A stretch of DNA of 61,842 nucleotides from an uncultured Candidatus Saccharibacteria bacterium (GCA_964629675.1 CAZVUG010000010.1:1-61842), one strand, 5' to 3'; shown: positions 37,449 to 46,123, counted from the stretch's first letter. Numbers and translations: made by a program. The notes: generated from the letters alone by a model not told the origin.

Positions 37449-37808
37449 ATGGGAGAACAAATTCTTACGATACAAGAAGTAAAAGGCCTTATAAACAAAA
37501 TTGGTCCGAGTCTGGGCTGTGGCGATTTCACATATGAACCGGTCTTCCCTGAAGGAAGAGAAGACGTCGCCGCCATTAGGCGTATGGCAGAGGACGGCAG
37601 GGAATATGGGTATGACACTATTTACCTTGTTTGGAAGAAAGGAGGAGAAGTATTTTATAGAGAGATTGCGAATAGCAGGGCGACAAAAGACTATATTCAT
37701 ATCAGATCTGTCTCCCTGAGAGACGATGGTGCTGTGCGGGTTGATTTTGGAAGCGGTGGCAGTTATAGCGGAAAACCGTGGGATGACAGCGCCACGCTTA
37801 ATGTCTAA
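37449..37808 (+). CDS. orphan hypothetical protein on a G+C-rich islet
   Basis: 119 aa with AAGGAGG (37437-37443) 5 nt upstream of the ATG and a strong terminator 7 nt after the stop. Hand counts give 32/60 and 33/60 G+C at 37501-37620, against 13/60 at the start of frr. Confidence 0.55.
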   Translation: MGEQILTIQEVKGLINKIGPSLGCGDFTYEPVFPEGREDVAAIRRMAEDGREYGYDTIYLVWKKGGEVFYREIANSRATKDYIHIRSVSLRDDGAVRVDFGSGGSYSGKPWDDSATLNV

Positions 37809-37814
37809 AGAAAT

Positions 37815-37852
37815 AATCCCCAAATGGCAATAATGCTATTTGGGGATTTTAT
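37815..37852 (+). terminator. strong intrinsic terminator
   Basis: 15-bp stem AATCCCCAAATGGCA / TGCTATTTGGGGATT with one G-U pair, an ATAA loop and a T-rich tail. Confidence 0.75.
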
Positions 37853-37950
37853 TTTACATAGGATTTTTTTTATTTGTTTTTGTGATATAATAAAAAATTG
37901 AAAAATAATTGAAATGATATTTTATTTAATAGAAAATATTTAAAGAATAA

Positions 37951-38201
37951 TATAAAACAAGTTTTGCAAAACAAACTCTAAAGGAATATGCCGGTTTTTA
38001 TAGGATTGAAGGTTTAGACGGAATGAATTTTATTTGGTTGCTAGAATTTTTGGACGAAACTATGACCTAGAAGATAAAAAACACATAAAAAAGGAGATAA
38101 TTTTGCAGAGGTAGTTATATCAGCCAGCTCTAAACTTAGGAGCGTATGCTGAAATAAAGACTTTGAGCCAAATCTATAAACATGGCTCTTTTTATTTTTA
38201 A
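37951..38201 (+). pseudogene. decayed coding remnants (no intact ORF)
   Basis: My translations give frame A 37951-38067 as YKTSFAKQTLKEYAGFYRIEGLDGMNFIWLLEFLDETMT*. Frame B 38010-38201 gives RFRRNEFYLVARIFGRNYDLEDKKHIKKEIILQR-TAG-LYQPALNLGAYAEIKTLSQIYKHGSFYF*. There is no usable ATG and there is an in-frame TAG at 38112-38114. Confidence 0.35.
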
Positions 38202-38205
38202 ATTA

Positions 38206-38237
38206 AAAATCTCCTATTAAAAGGGGATTTTTTATTT
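38206..38237 (+). terminator. terminator-like hairpin closing the remnant unit
   Basis: AAAATCTCC / GGGGATTTT stem with one G-U pair and an 8-nt loop, followed by a T-run. Confidence 0.45.
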
Positions 38238-38314
38238 TGAATTTTTATTGAGAATAATAAAAGCAAAGAATTTAATTCTTGTCATTATTGCTTTATTTTG
38301 ATAAGATATAATTA

Positions 38315-39418
38315 ATGTTTACAACTATTATCGCCTTTATACTAATTCTGGGCTTGCTTATTTTGGTCCATGAATTTGGCCATTTTATAGTCGCTAAAAA
38401 ATCTGGCGCTAAAGTAGAAGAATTTGGCTTAGGTTTTCCGCCAAGACTTTTTGGCGTTAGAAAGGGAGAAACGCTTTATTCTTTGAATCTTTTCCCGATT
38501 GGCGGTTTTGTTAAAATTCATGGCGAAGAGGGAAAGCCGGCTGGCGACAAGAACAAAGATCCTGACGCTGATAGAGCTTTTTATAACAAGCCAGCATCAA
38601 TTAGAGCAGCTATTTTAGTCGCTGGAGTAACCATGAATCTAGTTTTAGCTATTTTTCTTTTAGGGCTAGGCCATTGGATCGGCTTGCCTACGGCAATAGA
38701 AGAATCAGAGGTTAATAAATATGACGGGGTAAAAGTTCAAATTACTCAAATAGCTGAAAATTCTCCGGCTCAAGCAGTTGATTTAAAAATTGGTGATCAG
38801 GTAAAAAAAATGGAAACAGATGGTCAAATATTAGAAATAGGAAGCGTTAGCGATATTCAAAATTTTGTAGAGCGTTATCAAGGAGAAAATATAAATGTAA
38901 TAATTCAAAGAGGAAGTGGAATGATAGAAAAAGAAATGGTTCCCCGAATTAATTTTCCAGATAATGAGGGGCCGTTAGGAATAGGCTTAGTTAATACAGC
39001 AATTGTCTCTTATCCTTGGTATGAATCATTAATTAAAGGTTTTGTCAAAACATTTCAATTATTCGGCTTAATTATAGTAGTTTTTGCTGATATAATTTGG
39101 AATATTTTTACAACTGGCCAGGTTGGCGTAGACATAGCCGGACCAGTAGGTATTTTTAATTTAACTGGTCAGGCAGCTCAGCTTGGTTTTATTTATCTTT
39201 TGCAGCTAACGGCTATTATTAGTATTAATTTGGCTATTATTAATATTCTGCCCTTTCCAGCACTAGATGGAGGAAGATTGCTCTTTTTGGCTATCGAAAA
39301 AATTAAAGGATCGCCGGTTAATCAAAAAATTGAGGGAATTGCCCATACGGCAGGATTCTTCTTCCTTATTTTATTGATGATTGCTATTACTTGGCGGGAT
39401 ATTGTAAGATTATTTTAA
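38315..39418 (+). CDS. rseP: RIP site-2 zinc metalloprotease (M50) RseP
   Basis: LVHEFGHFIVAK HExxH in TM1, a PDZ-like middle region, and NILPFPALDGGRL. Confidence 0.93.
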   Translation: MFTTIIAFILILGLLILVHEFGHFIVAKKSGAKVEEFGLGFPPRLFGVRKGETLYSLNLFPIGGFVKIHGEEGKPAGDKNKDPDADRAFYNKPASIRAAILVAGVTMNLVLAIFLLGLGHWIGLPTAIEESEVNKYDGVKVQITQIAENSPAQAVDLKIGDQVKKMETDGQILEIGSVSDIQNFVERYQGENINVIIQRGSGMIEKEMVPRINFPDNEGPLGIGLVNTAIVSYPWYESLIKGFVKTFQLFGLIIVVFADIIWNIFTTGQVGVDIAGPVGIFNLTGQAAQLGFIYLLQLTAIISINLAIINILPFPALDGGRLLFLAIEKIKGSPVNQKIEGIAHTAGFFFLILLMIAITWRDIVRLF

Positions 39419-39421
39419 TAT

Positions 39422-40666
39422 ATGAGACAGTCTAAACTTTTCACAAAAGCGATTAAACAAGAGCCTAAAGATGAAACTAGTTTTAATGCTAAGATTTTAA
39501 TTAAAGCTGGCTTTATTGATAAATTAGGCGCCGGAGTTTATTCTTTTCTGCCATTAGGCATGAGAGTTTATAATAAAATTTGCCAGATAATTAGAGAAGA
39601 AATGAATGAAATTGGCGGGCAGGAAATTTTAATGCCAGCTTTAATTTCAAAAGAAAATTGGCAGAAAACTAAGCGTTGGGATACCTTTGACGCTCTTTTT
39701 AAATTGAAAGGAATAGATAAGAAAGAATATACTTTAGGTTCAACTCATGAAGAAGTAGTTACTCCGCTAGTAAAAAAGCATGTATTTTCCTACAAAGAAT
39801 TACCAGTTTATGTCTATCAAATACAAACTAAATTTAGAGATGAGCCGCGAGCTAAGGCAGGCCTTCTCAGAGGGCGAGAATTCTCAATGAAAGATTTATA
39901 TTCTTTCCATACTAGTAGGCAAGATCTGGATAAATATTATGAAGAAGTTAAAAATGCTTATTTTAAAATTTTGAAAAGATTAGCCTTAGATAAAATAACT
40001 TATTTAACTTATGCTTCCGGAGGACCTTTCTCTAAATATTCCCACGAATTTCAAACTTTATCTGAACATGGTGAAGATACTATCTATATTTGCAAAAAAT
40101 GCAAATTAGCTATTAACCAAGAAATAATTAAAGAGCAGAAAAAATGTCCTAATTGTCAAGGTGAAGATTTTGAGAAAAAGAAAAGTATTGAAATAGCTAA
40201 TATTTTTATTTTAGGAACTCGTTTTACGGAAGCTTTTGGTTTTTATTTTAAAGATAATCAAGGAAAAGAAAAAAAAGTAGAAATGGGTTGTTATGGATTT
40301 GGCCCAAGCCGAGCTATGGGAACTATCGTTGAGGCTTTTCATGACGAAAAAGGAATTATTTGGCCAGAGCAAGTAGCTCCCTTCAAAGTGCATTTACTGA
40401 AAATTAATAGCCACGAATCTAAGGTTGATGATATTAGTGAAAAGATTTATCAAGAATTGCAAGAAAAAGGAATAGATGTTTTATATGACGATAGAGAAAA
40501 AAGCCCTGGGGAGAAATTTGCTGAATCAGATTTAATTGGTATTCCTCTTCGTTTAGTAATAAGCGATAAAACAATTGCTAAGGATATGGTAGAGATAAAG
40601 AAAAGAGAAGAAGAAGAGGTAAAGATGGTTAAAATAGATGATCTAATTTCAAATATTAGAATATAA
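39422..40666 (+). CDS. proS: proline--tRNA ligase, bacterial-type core with the INS editing domain replaced by a short zinc ribbon
   Basis: Class II motifs ...FRDEPRAKAGLLRGREFSMKDLYSFH and GCYGFGPSRAMG, plus an anticodon-binding C-terminus. Only 414 aa. CKKC...CPNC lies at nt 40091-40156. Confidence 0.88.
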   Translation: MRQSKLFTKAIKQEPKDETSFNAKILIKAGFIDKLGAGVYSFLPLGMRVYNKICQIIREEMNEIGGQEILMPALISKENWQKTKRWDTFDALFKLKGIDKKEYTLGSTHEEVVTPLVKKHVFSYKELPVYVYQIQTKFRDEPRAKAGLLRGREFSMKDLYSFHTSRQDLDKYYEEVKNAYFKILKRLALDKITYLTYASGGPFSKYSHEFQTLSEHGEDTIYICKKCKLAINQEIIKEQKKCPNCQGEDFEKKKSIEIANIFILGTRFTEAFGFYFKDNQGKEKKVEMGCYGFGPSRAMGTIVEAFHDEKGIIWPEQVAPFKVHLLKINSHESKVDDISEKIYQELQEKGIDVLYDDREKSPGEKFAESDLIGIPLRLVISDKTIAKDMVEIKKREEEEVKMVKIDDLISNIRI

Positions 40667-40670
40667 TCTT

Positions 40671-41723
40671 ATGTTAAATAATCTTTTTGGTTTTTTTTCT
40701 AAGGATATTGGCATTGATTTAGGCACGGCTAATACTTTGGTTTACGTTAAAGGCAGAGGAATTGTTATCGATGAACCGTCTGTTGTAGCTATTAATAAAA
40801 AAACTGGGCAAATTTTATCTATCGGACATGAAGCTAAGAAAATGGTTGGCAGAACTCCAGCGCATATTATTGCCTCTAGGCCGTTAGTTGCTGGAGTCGT
40901 TTCTGATTTTGAAGTAACTGAGCAAATGCTAAAATTCTTTATTGACAAGGTTCATCGGGAAAGTTTTTCAATTTTGCCTCGTCCTCGAGTAGCCGTCGGA
41001 ATACCTTCGGGGGTAACTGATGTAGAAAAAAGAGCCGTAGAAGATGCGACTAAAAGTGCTGGCGCAAGAGAAGTCTATCTAGTTGAAGAACCGATGGTTG
41101 CGGCTATCGGAATTAGGCTACCGATCCAGGAAGCAACTGGCAATATGATTATTGATATCGGAGGCGGAACAAGTGAAATAGCTTTAATCTCTTTAGGCGG
41201 TATTGTTGTTAGTCGTAGCTTACGTATTGCTGGAGATAAACTTAACGAAGATATTATCCATTTTGCTAGGGAAGAATTTAATTTTCTTCTGGGAGAAAAA
41301 ACTGCTGAAGACATTAAAATATCAATAGGCTCAGCTCATTCTTTGGAAGAACCGTTAGAAACGGCTATGCGCGGACGAGATCTTTTAAGTGGCTTGCCGA
41401 AGGAAATAACTGTTAATGATACGCAAATAAGAAGAGCCTTAAGTCATTCAGTTAGAAATTTAGTTAATGCAGTCAAAGAAACAATAGAAGAATCGCCCCC
41501 GGAATTAGTGGCTGATATAATGAGTCAGGGCATCTTTTTAGTCGGCGGCGGAGCTCTTTTAAGAGGTTTAGATAAATTGATTGAGGAACAAACTGAAATG
41601 CCGGTAAAATTAGTCGAAGATCCTTTAACGGCTGTTGTCCGGGGAGCTGGCATAGTCTTAGAAAATGTAGATTCTTTAAAAGATGTTTTAGTTAGTACTC
41701 GATACGAAGAACCTCCTAAATAA
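40671..41723 (+). CDS. mreB: rod shape-determining actin homologue MreB (copy 2)
   Basis: IGIDLGTANTLVYV, MIIDIGGGTSEIALISLGG, IFLVGGGALLRGLD. Confidence 0.93.
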   Translation: MLNNLFGFFSKDIGIDLGTANTLVYVKGRGIVIDEPSVVAINKKTGQILSIGHEAKKMVGRTPAHIIASRPLVAGVVSDFEVTEQMLKFFIDKVHRESFSILPRPRVAVGIPSGVTDVEKRAVEDATKSAGAREVYLVEEPMVAAIGIRLPIQEATGNMIIDIGGGTSEIALISLGGIVVSRSLRIAGDKLNEDIIHFAREEFNFLLGEKTAEDIKISIGSAHSLEEPLETAMRGRDLLSGLPKEITVNDTQIRRALSHSVRNLVNAVKETIEESPPELVADIMSQGIFLVGGGALLRGLDKLIEEQTEMPVKLVEDPLTAVVRGAGIVLENVDSLKDVLVSTRYEEPPK

Positions 41724-41724
41724 C

Positions 41725-42540
41725 ATGCCAGAATTGCCAGAAGTAGAAACAATTAAAAGGCAGTTGAATAAGAGAATTAAAGGAAAAAAGATAAGAGATG
41801 TTGAAATTAAACTGCCGAAATTAGTTAAATGTCCTTTAAAAAAATTCAAGGAAGCTGTTCAAGGGTCTATAATAAAAAAAATCAGCCGTCGAGCTAAACT
41901 ATTAATTATTGAATTATCCAATGGCTATTGTTTAATCACTCATTTAAAGATGGCTGGCCAATTAGTTTTAAATGATATGCCTCATAAGCATACTTGTTTA
42001 ATCTATCATTTCAATGATAAAAATCGTCTTGTTTTTAATGATTTAAGAAGATTTGGTTTTGTCAGATTAATTCAAAAAAAAGATTTGGCAGATTTTTTAA
42101 AAGAAAAAAAATTTGGTCCGGAGCCGCTAAGTAAAAAATTTACGCTTAATTTATTTAAAGAAATTTTAAACAAAAGAAAAAAAGCTAAGATTAAACCTCT
42201 TTTAATGAACCAAAATTTTTTAGCTGGCATCGGTAATCTTTATTCAGATGAAATTTTATTTTTAGCTAAGGTTTTACCTTATCGAAAATCAGGCACTTTA
42301 AAAGATATAGAGATAAAAAGAATCTACCAAGCAATTAAAAAGATTTTATCTTTAGCAATTATCAAAGGCGGCTCTACTTCAGCTACTTATCTTGATGCTG
42401 AAGGTAAAAAAGGAAAATATTTTCCTTTAGTGAAAGTTTATCGCCGTAATGGAAAGCCTTGTTTTAATTGTGGAACTGAAATTCAAAGAATAATAATAAA
42501 TGGCCGTTCAGCCCATTTTTGTCCTAAATGTCAGAATTAA
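41725..42540 (+). CDS. mutM: formamidopyrimidine-DNA glycosylase
   Basis: N-terminal MPELPEVE, an H2TH region, and the C-terminal zinc finger CFNCGTEIQ...HFCPKCQ. Confidence 0.93.
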   Translation: MPELPEVETIKRQLNKRIKGKKIRDVEIKLPKLVKCPLKKFKEAVQGSIIKKISRRAKLLIIELSNGYCLITHLKMAGQLVLNDMPHKHTCLIYHFNDKNRLVFNDLRRFGFVRLIQKKDLADFLKEKKFGPEPLSKKFTLNLFKEILNKRKKAKIKPLLMNQNFLAGIGNLYSDEILFLAKVLPYRKSGTLKDIEIKRIYQAIKKILSLAIIKGGSTSATYLDAEGKKGKYFPLVKVYRRNGKPCFNCGTEIQRIIINGRSAHFCPKCQN

Positions 42541-43724
42541 AATTTCCAAAAAATTTTTTGTGGGGAACAAGCACTTCTGCCCATCAAATTGAAGGTGGTA
42601 ATGTTAATGATTGGACTTTTTGGGAAAAATCTAATGCTCTAAAATTAGCTAACCAAGCTCAAAAATACTGGCAATTATGGCAGCAGAAGAAATTTCCGGA
42701 AATGTTCGAATCAAGCAATTATATTTCTGGAAGAGCTGGCAATCATTATCAAAAATACGAAGAAGATTTTGATATTGCCAAATTATTAAATCAGAATTCT
42801 CATCGTTTTTCTATTGAATGGTCTAGGATTGAACCAAAGGAGGGGAAAATTGACGAAAAAGAAATTAATCATTACCGAGAAGTTATTCTAGCTTTAAAAG
42901 AACGTAATTTAGAGCCTTTTGTTACTCTCTATCATTGGACTTTGCCAAAATGGCTGGCAGAAAAAGGAGGCTGGCTTAATCCAATGTCTCCTTATTATTT
43001 TGAGCGTTATGTTAAAATTATTAGCGAGCATTTATTCGATTTAACCCATTTCTGGATGACAATTAATGAACCTTTAATTTATGCTGCTAATTCTTATCTT
43101 AAAGGAGTCTGGCCACCGCAAGAAAAAAAATTAGGGAAATTTTTAAAAGTAATTAATAATTTAGCTAAAGCTCATCAGTTGGCTTATCAAAGCCTTCATT
43201 TAATTGATTTAGACTGCCAAGTTGGCATTGCGAAAAATAATATTTATTTTAAAAATAATCCTTTAGCTGATTATTTCTGGAACAAGTATTTTTTAAATAA
43301 AATAAAGAGAGAGCAAGATTTTATTGGCTTGAATTATTATTTTTATAAAGCTTGGACTAAGATTAAAAATTTAGAAATATCTGATTTAGGTTGGGAAATT
43401 TATCCTAAGGGCATCTATTATCTTTTGCAAAATCTGAAAAAATATGATTTGCCGATTTATATCACAGAAAACGGATTAGCTGATGCCAAAGACGTGAAGA
43501 GAGGTAATTTTATTAAAAAACATTTATTCTGGATTCATAGGGCAATTCAAGAAAAAGCAGATGTGCGTGGTTATTTTTATTGGTCTCTTTTGGATAATTT
43601 TGAATGGGATAAAGGCTTCTGGCCGAGATTCGGCTTAGTTGAAATAAACTATGATAATTTTGAGCGTAAAATTCGTCCAAGCGCTAAAATTTACGCTAAA
43701 ATTTGTCGAGAAAATAAATTATGA
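42528..43724 (+). CDS. GH1 family beta-glucosidase
   Basis: FLWGTSTSAHQIEGG, TLYHWTLPKWL, acid/base TINEP and nucleophile YITENG. Confidence 0.9.
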   Translation: MSELKFPKNFLWGTSTSAHQIEGGNVNDWTFWEKSNALKLANQAQKYWQLWQQKKFPEMFESSNYISGRAGNHYQKYEEDFDIAKLLNQNSHRFSIEWSRIEPKEGKIDEKEINHYREVILALKERNLEPFVTLYHWTLPKWLAEKGGWLNPMSPYYFERYVKIISEHLFDLTHFWMTINEPLIYAANSYLKGVWPPQEKKLGKFLKVINNLAKAHQLAYQSLHLIDLDCQVGIAKNNIYFKNNPLADYFWNKYFLNKIKREQDFIGLNYYFYKAWTKIKNLEISDLGWEIYPKGIYYLLQNLKKYDLPIYITENGLADAKDVKRGNFIKKHLFWIHRAIQEKADVRGYFYWSLLDNFEWDKGFWPRFGLVEINYDNFERKIRPSAKIYAKICRENKL

Positions 43725-44632
43725 ACTGGATTATTATTGCTATTGCAGCTCATTCTCTTAGTGCTATTGTTTTTATCGTTGATAAATATATTCTTTCCAA
43801 AACTTCTCTTTTGCCGGTAGCTTATGCTTTTTATGTCGGTATTTTAGGAGTAGCCGCTTTTGTCTTAGCTCCTTTTGGATTTTATCTTTTGCCTTTAGAT
43901 CAATTTTTGATTAGTCTTTTGGCTGGCGCTCTTTTTGTCTTTGCTGTTTTGTTTTTTTATAAATCAATCCGTTTGGGAGAAATTTCTAGAATTACTCCAT
44001 TAATTGGTGGTACTGTTCCTATCTTTACTTTATTTTTTACTTACGTTTTATTAAAAGGCCATCTTAATTTTAATCAATGGATTGCTTTCTCTTTTTTAGT
44101 TGCCGGAAGCTTTGTTGTCCTTTGGCCAGGAAAATTTTGGATTATTGAAGAATGGGTTAAAACTCCTTTATTTAAGAGAATGATTTTAGCTCTTTTATCA
44201 GCTTTACTTTTTTCTGCTTCCTTTATTTTCACCAAAATGCTTTTTAATTATCAGCCTTTTATTAATGGTTTTTTGTGGACAAGACTTGGCGGAGTTGTCG
44301 GAGCTGTTTTGCTTTTGCTGCTTCCGTCAGCCAGAAGAGATATTTTTAGAAGTTCGCGCCGTTTAAAATTTAAAGTAGGCAGTTTAATGATTGCCAATAA
44401 AGGCCTCTCCGCTTCAGCTTTTCTGCTCCTTAATTATGCTATTTTTCTCGGAAAAGTGAGTTTGGTCAACGCTCTCCAGGGAGTCCAATACGCTTTTCTT
44501 TTAGTTGTCGCTATTTTTCTTTCTAAAAAATATCCGCAAATCATTAAAGAAGAAATAGGAGCTGAAAGCGTTACGAGAAAAATAATCGGTATTTTTCTCG
44601 TCGGGATAGGCTTAGGTATTTTAGCTTTTTAA
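43721..44632 (+). CDS. EamA/DMT-family transporter-like membrane protein
   Basis: 303 aa with about 10 TM segments in two halves. The start makes an ATGA overlap with the GH1 gene. Confidence 0.55.
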   Translation: MNWIIIAIAAHSLSAIVFIVDKYILSKTSLLPVAYAFYVGILGVAAFVLAPFGFYLLPLDQFLISLLAGALFVFAVLFFYKSIRLGEISRITPLIGGTVPIFTLFFTYVLLKGHLNFNQWIAFSFLVAGSFVVLWPGKFWIIEEWVKTPLFKRMILALLSALLFSASFIFTKMLFNYQPFINGFLWTRLGGVVGAVLLLLLPSARRDIFRSSRRLKFKVGSLMIANKGLSASAFLLLNYAIFLGKVSLVNALQGVQYAFLLVVAIFLSKKYPQIIKEEIGAESVTRKIIGIFLVGIGLGILAF

Positions 44633-44636
44633 TATT

Positions 44637-45662
44637 ATGGGTATTCTTTTTTATGTAAAATATTTTATTCGGATTATTTCTTTAACCTGTTTTATTCTTT
44701 TTATCCTTTTGTTGATTGTCTTAGGCTATTTATGCTATGGAGAGCCTGAGCCAGCTAAGAAAATAGAATTTGGCATAACTTTCAGCTCTTATTTTGCAGA
44801 ACAATTAGGATTAGATTGGAAAAGGGCTTATCTGGGAATTCTTGATGGTCTAGAAGTTAAAAAACTGCGTCTGATTGCTTATTGGCCTCAAATCGAGCCA
44901 GGATTAGGAAAATATTATTTTGAAGATTTAGATTGGCAAATAGAAGAAGCAAAAAAAAGAGATGCCGAAGTTATTTTAGCTATTGGCAGAAGATTGCCTC
45001 GCTGGCCCGAATGTCATGTACCGCAATGGGCTAATGAGTTAAGTGAAAAAGAACAGCAAGAAAGAATTCTAAAAATGTTGAAAGAATTGGTAGGGCATTA
45101 TCGGGATGAAGAAATTATCACTACTTGGCAAATTGAGAATGAGCCATTCCTTGAAGGATTCGGAGAATGCCCCAAATTAGATAAAAGCTTTTTGGAAGAA
45201 GAAATTAAACTAGTGCAAAGTTTAGATTATCGTTTTCGGCCAATAATGATTACGGTCAGCGGAGAATTGAGCACTTGGGTTGAACCATCTTTTTATGCTG
45301 ATGTTATCGGAACCAGCCTTTATCGGGATATTTACAACAAATGGTTAGGCCATTTCAGATATCCGATCCCACCAGCTTTTTATCATAATAGGGCGGAAAT
45401 TATTAAAGGTATTACCGGCTTAGATAAAATGATTATTATTGAATTACAAGGAGAACCTTGGGGCTCAAAACAAATTTATGATACACCTGTCAGAGAGCAA
45501 TTGCGTTTAATGAGCGTTAAAAAATTTAACAATGTGATTGATTATACTCGAAGAACAGGTTTTGACGAAGTCTATTTTTGGGGAGCTGAATGGTGGTATT
45601 ATTTAAAGATTAATTACACTGATGATATTTGGGTTCAAGCTAAAAAACTTTGGCAAGATTAA
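44637..45662 (+). CDS. membrane-anchored glycoside-hydrolase-like TIM-barrel protein (clan GH-A-like)
   Basis: N-terminal TM. WQIENEPF is a candidate acid/base motif and IIELQGEPWG a candidate nucleophile region. Confidence 0.45.
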   Translation: MGILFYVKYFIRIISLTCFILFILLLIVLGYLCYGEPEPAKKIEFGITFSSYFAEQLGLDWKRAYLGILDGLEVKKLRLIAYWPQIEPGLGKYYFEDLDWQIEEAKKRDAEVILAIGRRLPRWPECHVPQWANELSEKEQQERILKMLKELVGHYRDEEIITTWQIENEPFLEGFGECPKLDKSFLEEEIKLVQSLDYRFRPIMITVSGELSTWVEPSFYADVIGTSLYRDIYNKWLGHFRYPIPPAFYHNRAEIIKGITGLDKMIIIELQGEPWGSKQIYDTPVREQLRLMSVKKFNNVIDYTRRTGFDEVYFWGAEWWYYLKINYTDDIWVQAKKLWQD

Positions 45663-45664
45663 TA

Positions 45665-45693
45665 TTGACAAAAAGATAATAAGCTGTTATTAT
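45665..45693 (+). promoter_or_regulatory. near-consensus promoter with extended -10
   Basis: TTGACA-17 nt-TATTAT, with TG one base upstream (TGTTATTAT). It lies 46 nt upstream of the ATG at 45740. Confidence 0.5.
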
Positions 45694-45739
45694 ATTAAAA
45701 AGTTCATTAAAATATTAACAAAAAAGCAAGGAGGAAGAG

Positions 45740-46123
45740 ATGAAAAAAGTTGAAGCTTTCCGTATGTTTTTAAAGACCTTAGCAGAGGAGGAGGGGGTTG
45801 ACTTTAATTCTCCTGATCATTATTTTTTAGCAAGACCAAGAATGCTTTTTATAAGCGCTTGCCTAGAATTGAATGAATTAGATAAAAAGGATTATTTTCT
45901 TCTAGTTCCTCATTTTTTAAAGTTTTTAGAAGAAAATAAGATTGAAATTAGCCAAAGGGACAAAAGATTTTTCAATTTTTTTAAGGAACACTATAAAAAG
46001 GTAAGGGCGATAAAAAGGGCGAGAAAGAGAGATGTTACCCCTTTCATTGTTAGCCCTCTGATGATGGATGGAGCCAGAAAAGCTGACTTCCAGCATCATA
46101 AGGTGCTGGGAGATGATTATTAA
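45740..46123 (+). CDS. orphan hypothetical protein
   Basis: 127 aa with AAGGAGG (45728-45734) upstream, its own promoter and a terminator. Confidence 0.55.
   Translation: MKKVEAFRMFLKTLAEEEGVDFNSPDHYFLARPRMLFISACLELNELDKKDYFLLVPHFLKFLEENKIEISQRDKRFFNFFKEHYKKVRAIKRARKRDVTPFIVSPLMMDGARKADFQHHKVLGDDY

Noticed and set aside
37421-37823. Three additional ORFs of 60 aa or more (two on the minus strand, one alternative + frame) in the G+C-rich islet.
   Set aside because: Stop codons are rare in G+C-rich DNA, so long spurious ORFs are expected. Only the 119-aa + frame has an AAGGAGG at the correct distance and a terminator immediately after its stop.
38112-38114. In-frame TAG that might suggest stop-codon recoding (for example Pyl or readthrough). 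More generally, I considered an alternative genetic code, as in some CPR lineages that read UGA as Gly.
   Set aside because: TGA, TAA and TAG all terminate well-conserved genes at the expected protein ends. Examples are infA (TGA), secA (TAA) and the pilin-like gene at 56717 (TAG). No conserved gene needs an internal stop to be read through. The TAG sits in a fragmentary region with no start codon, so decay is the simpler explanation.
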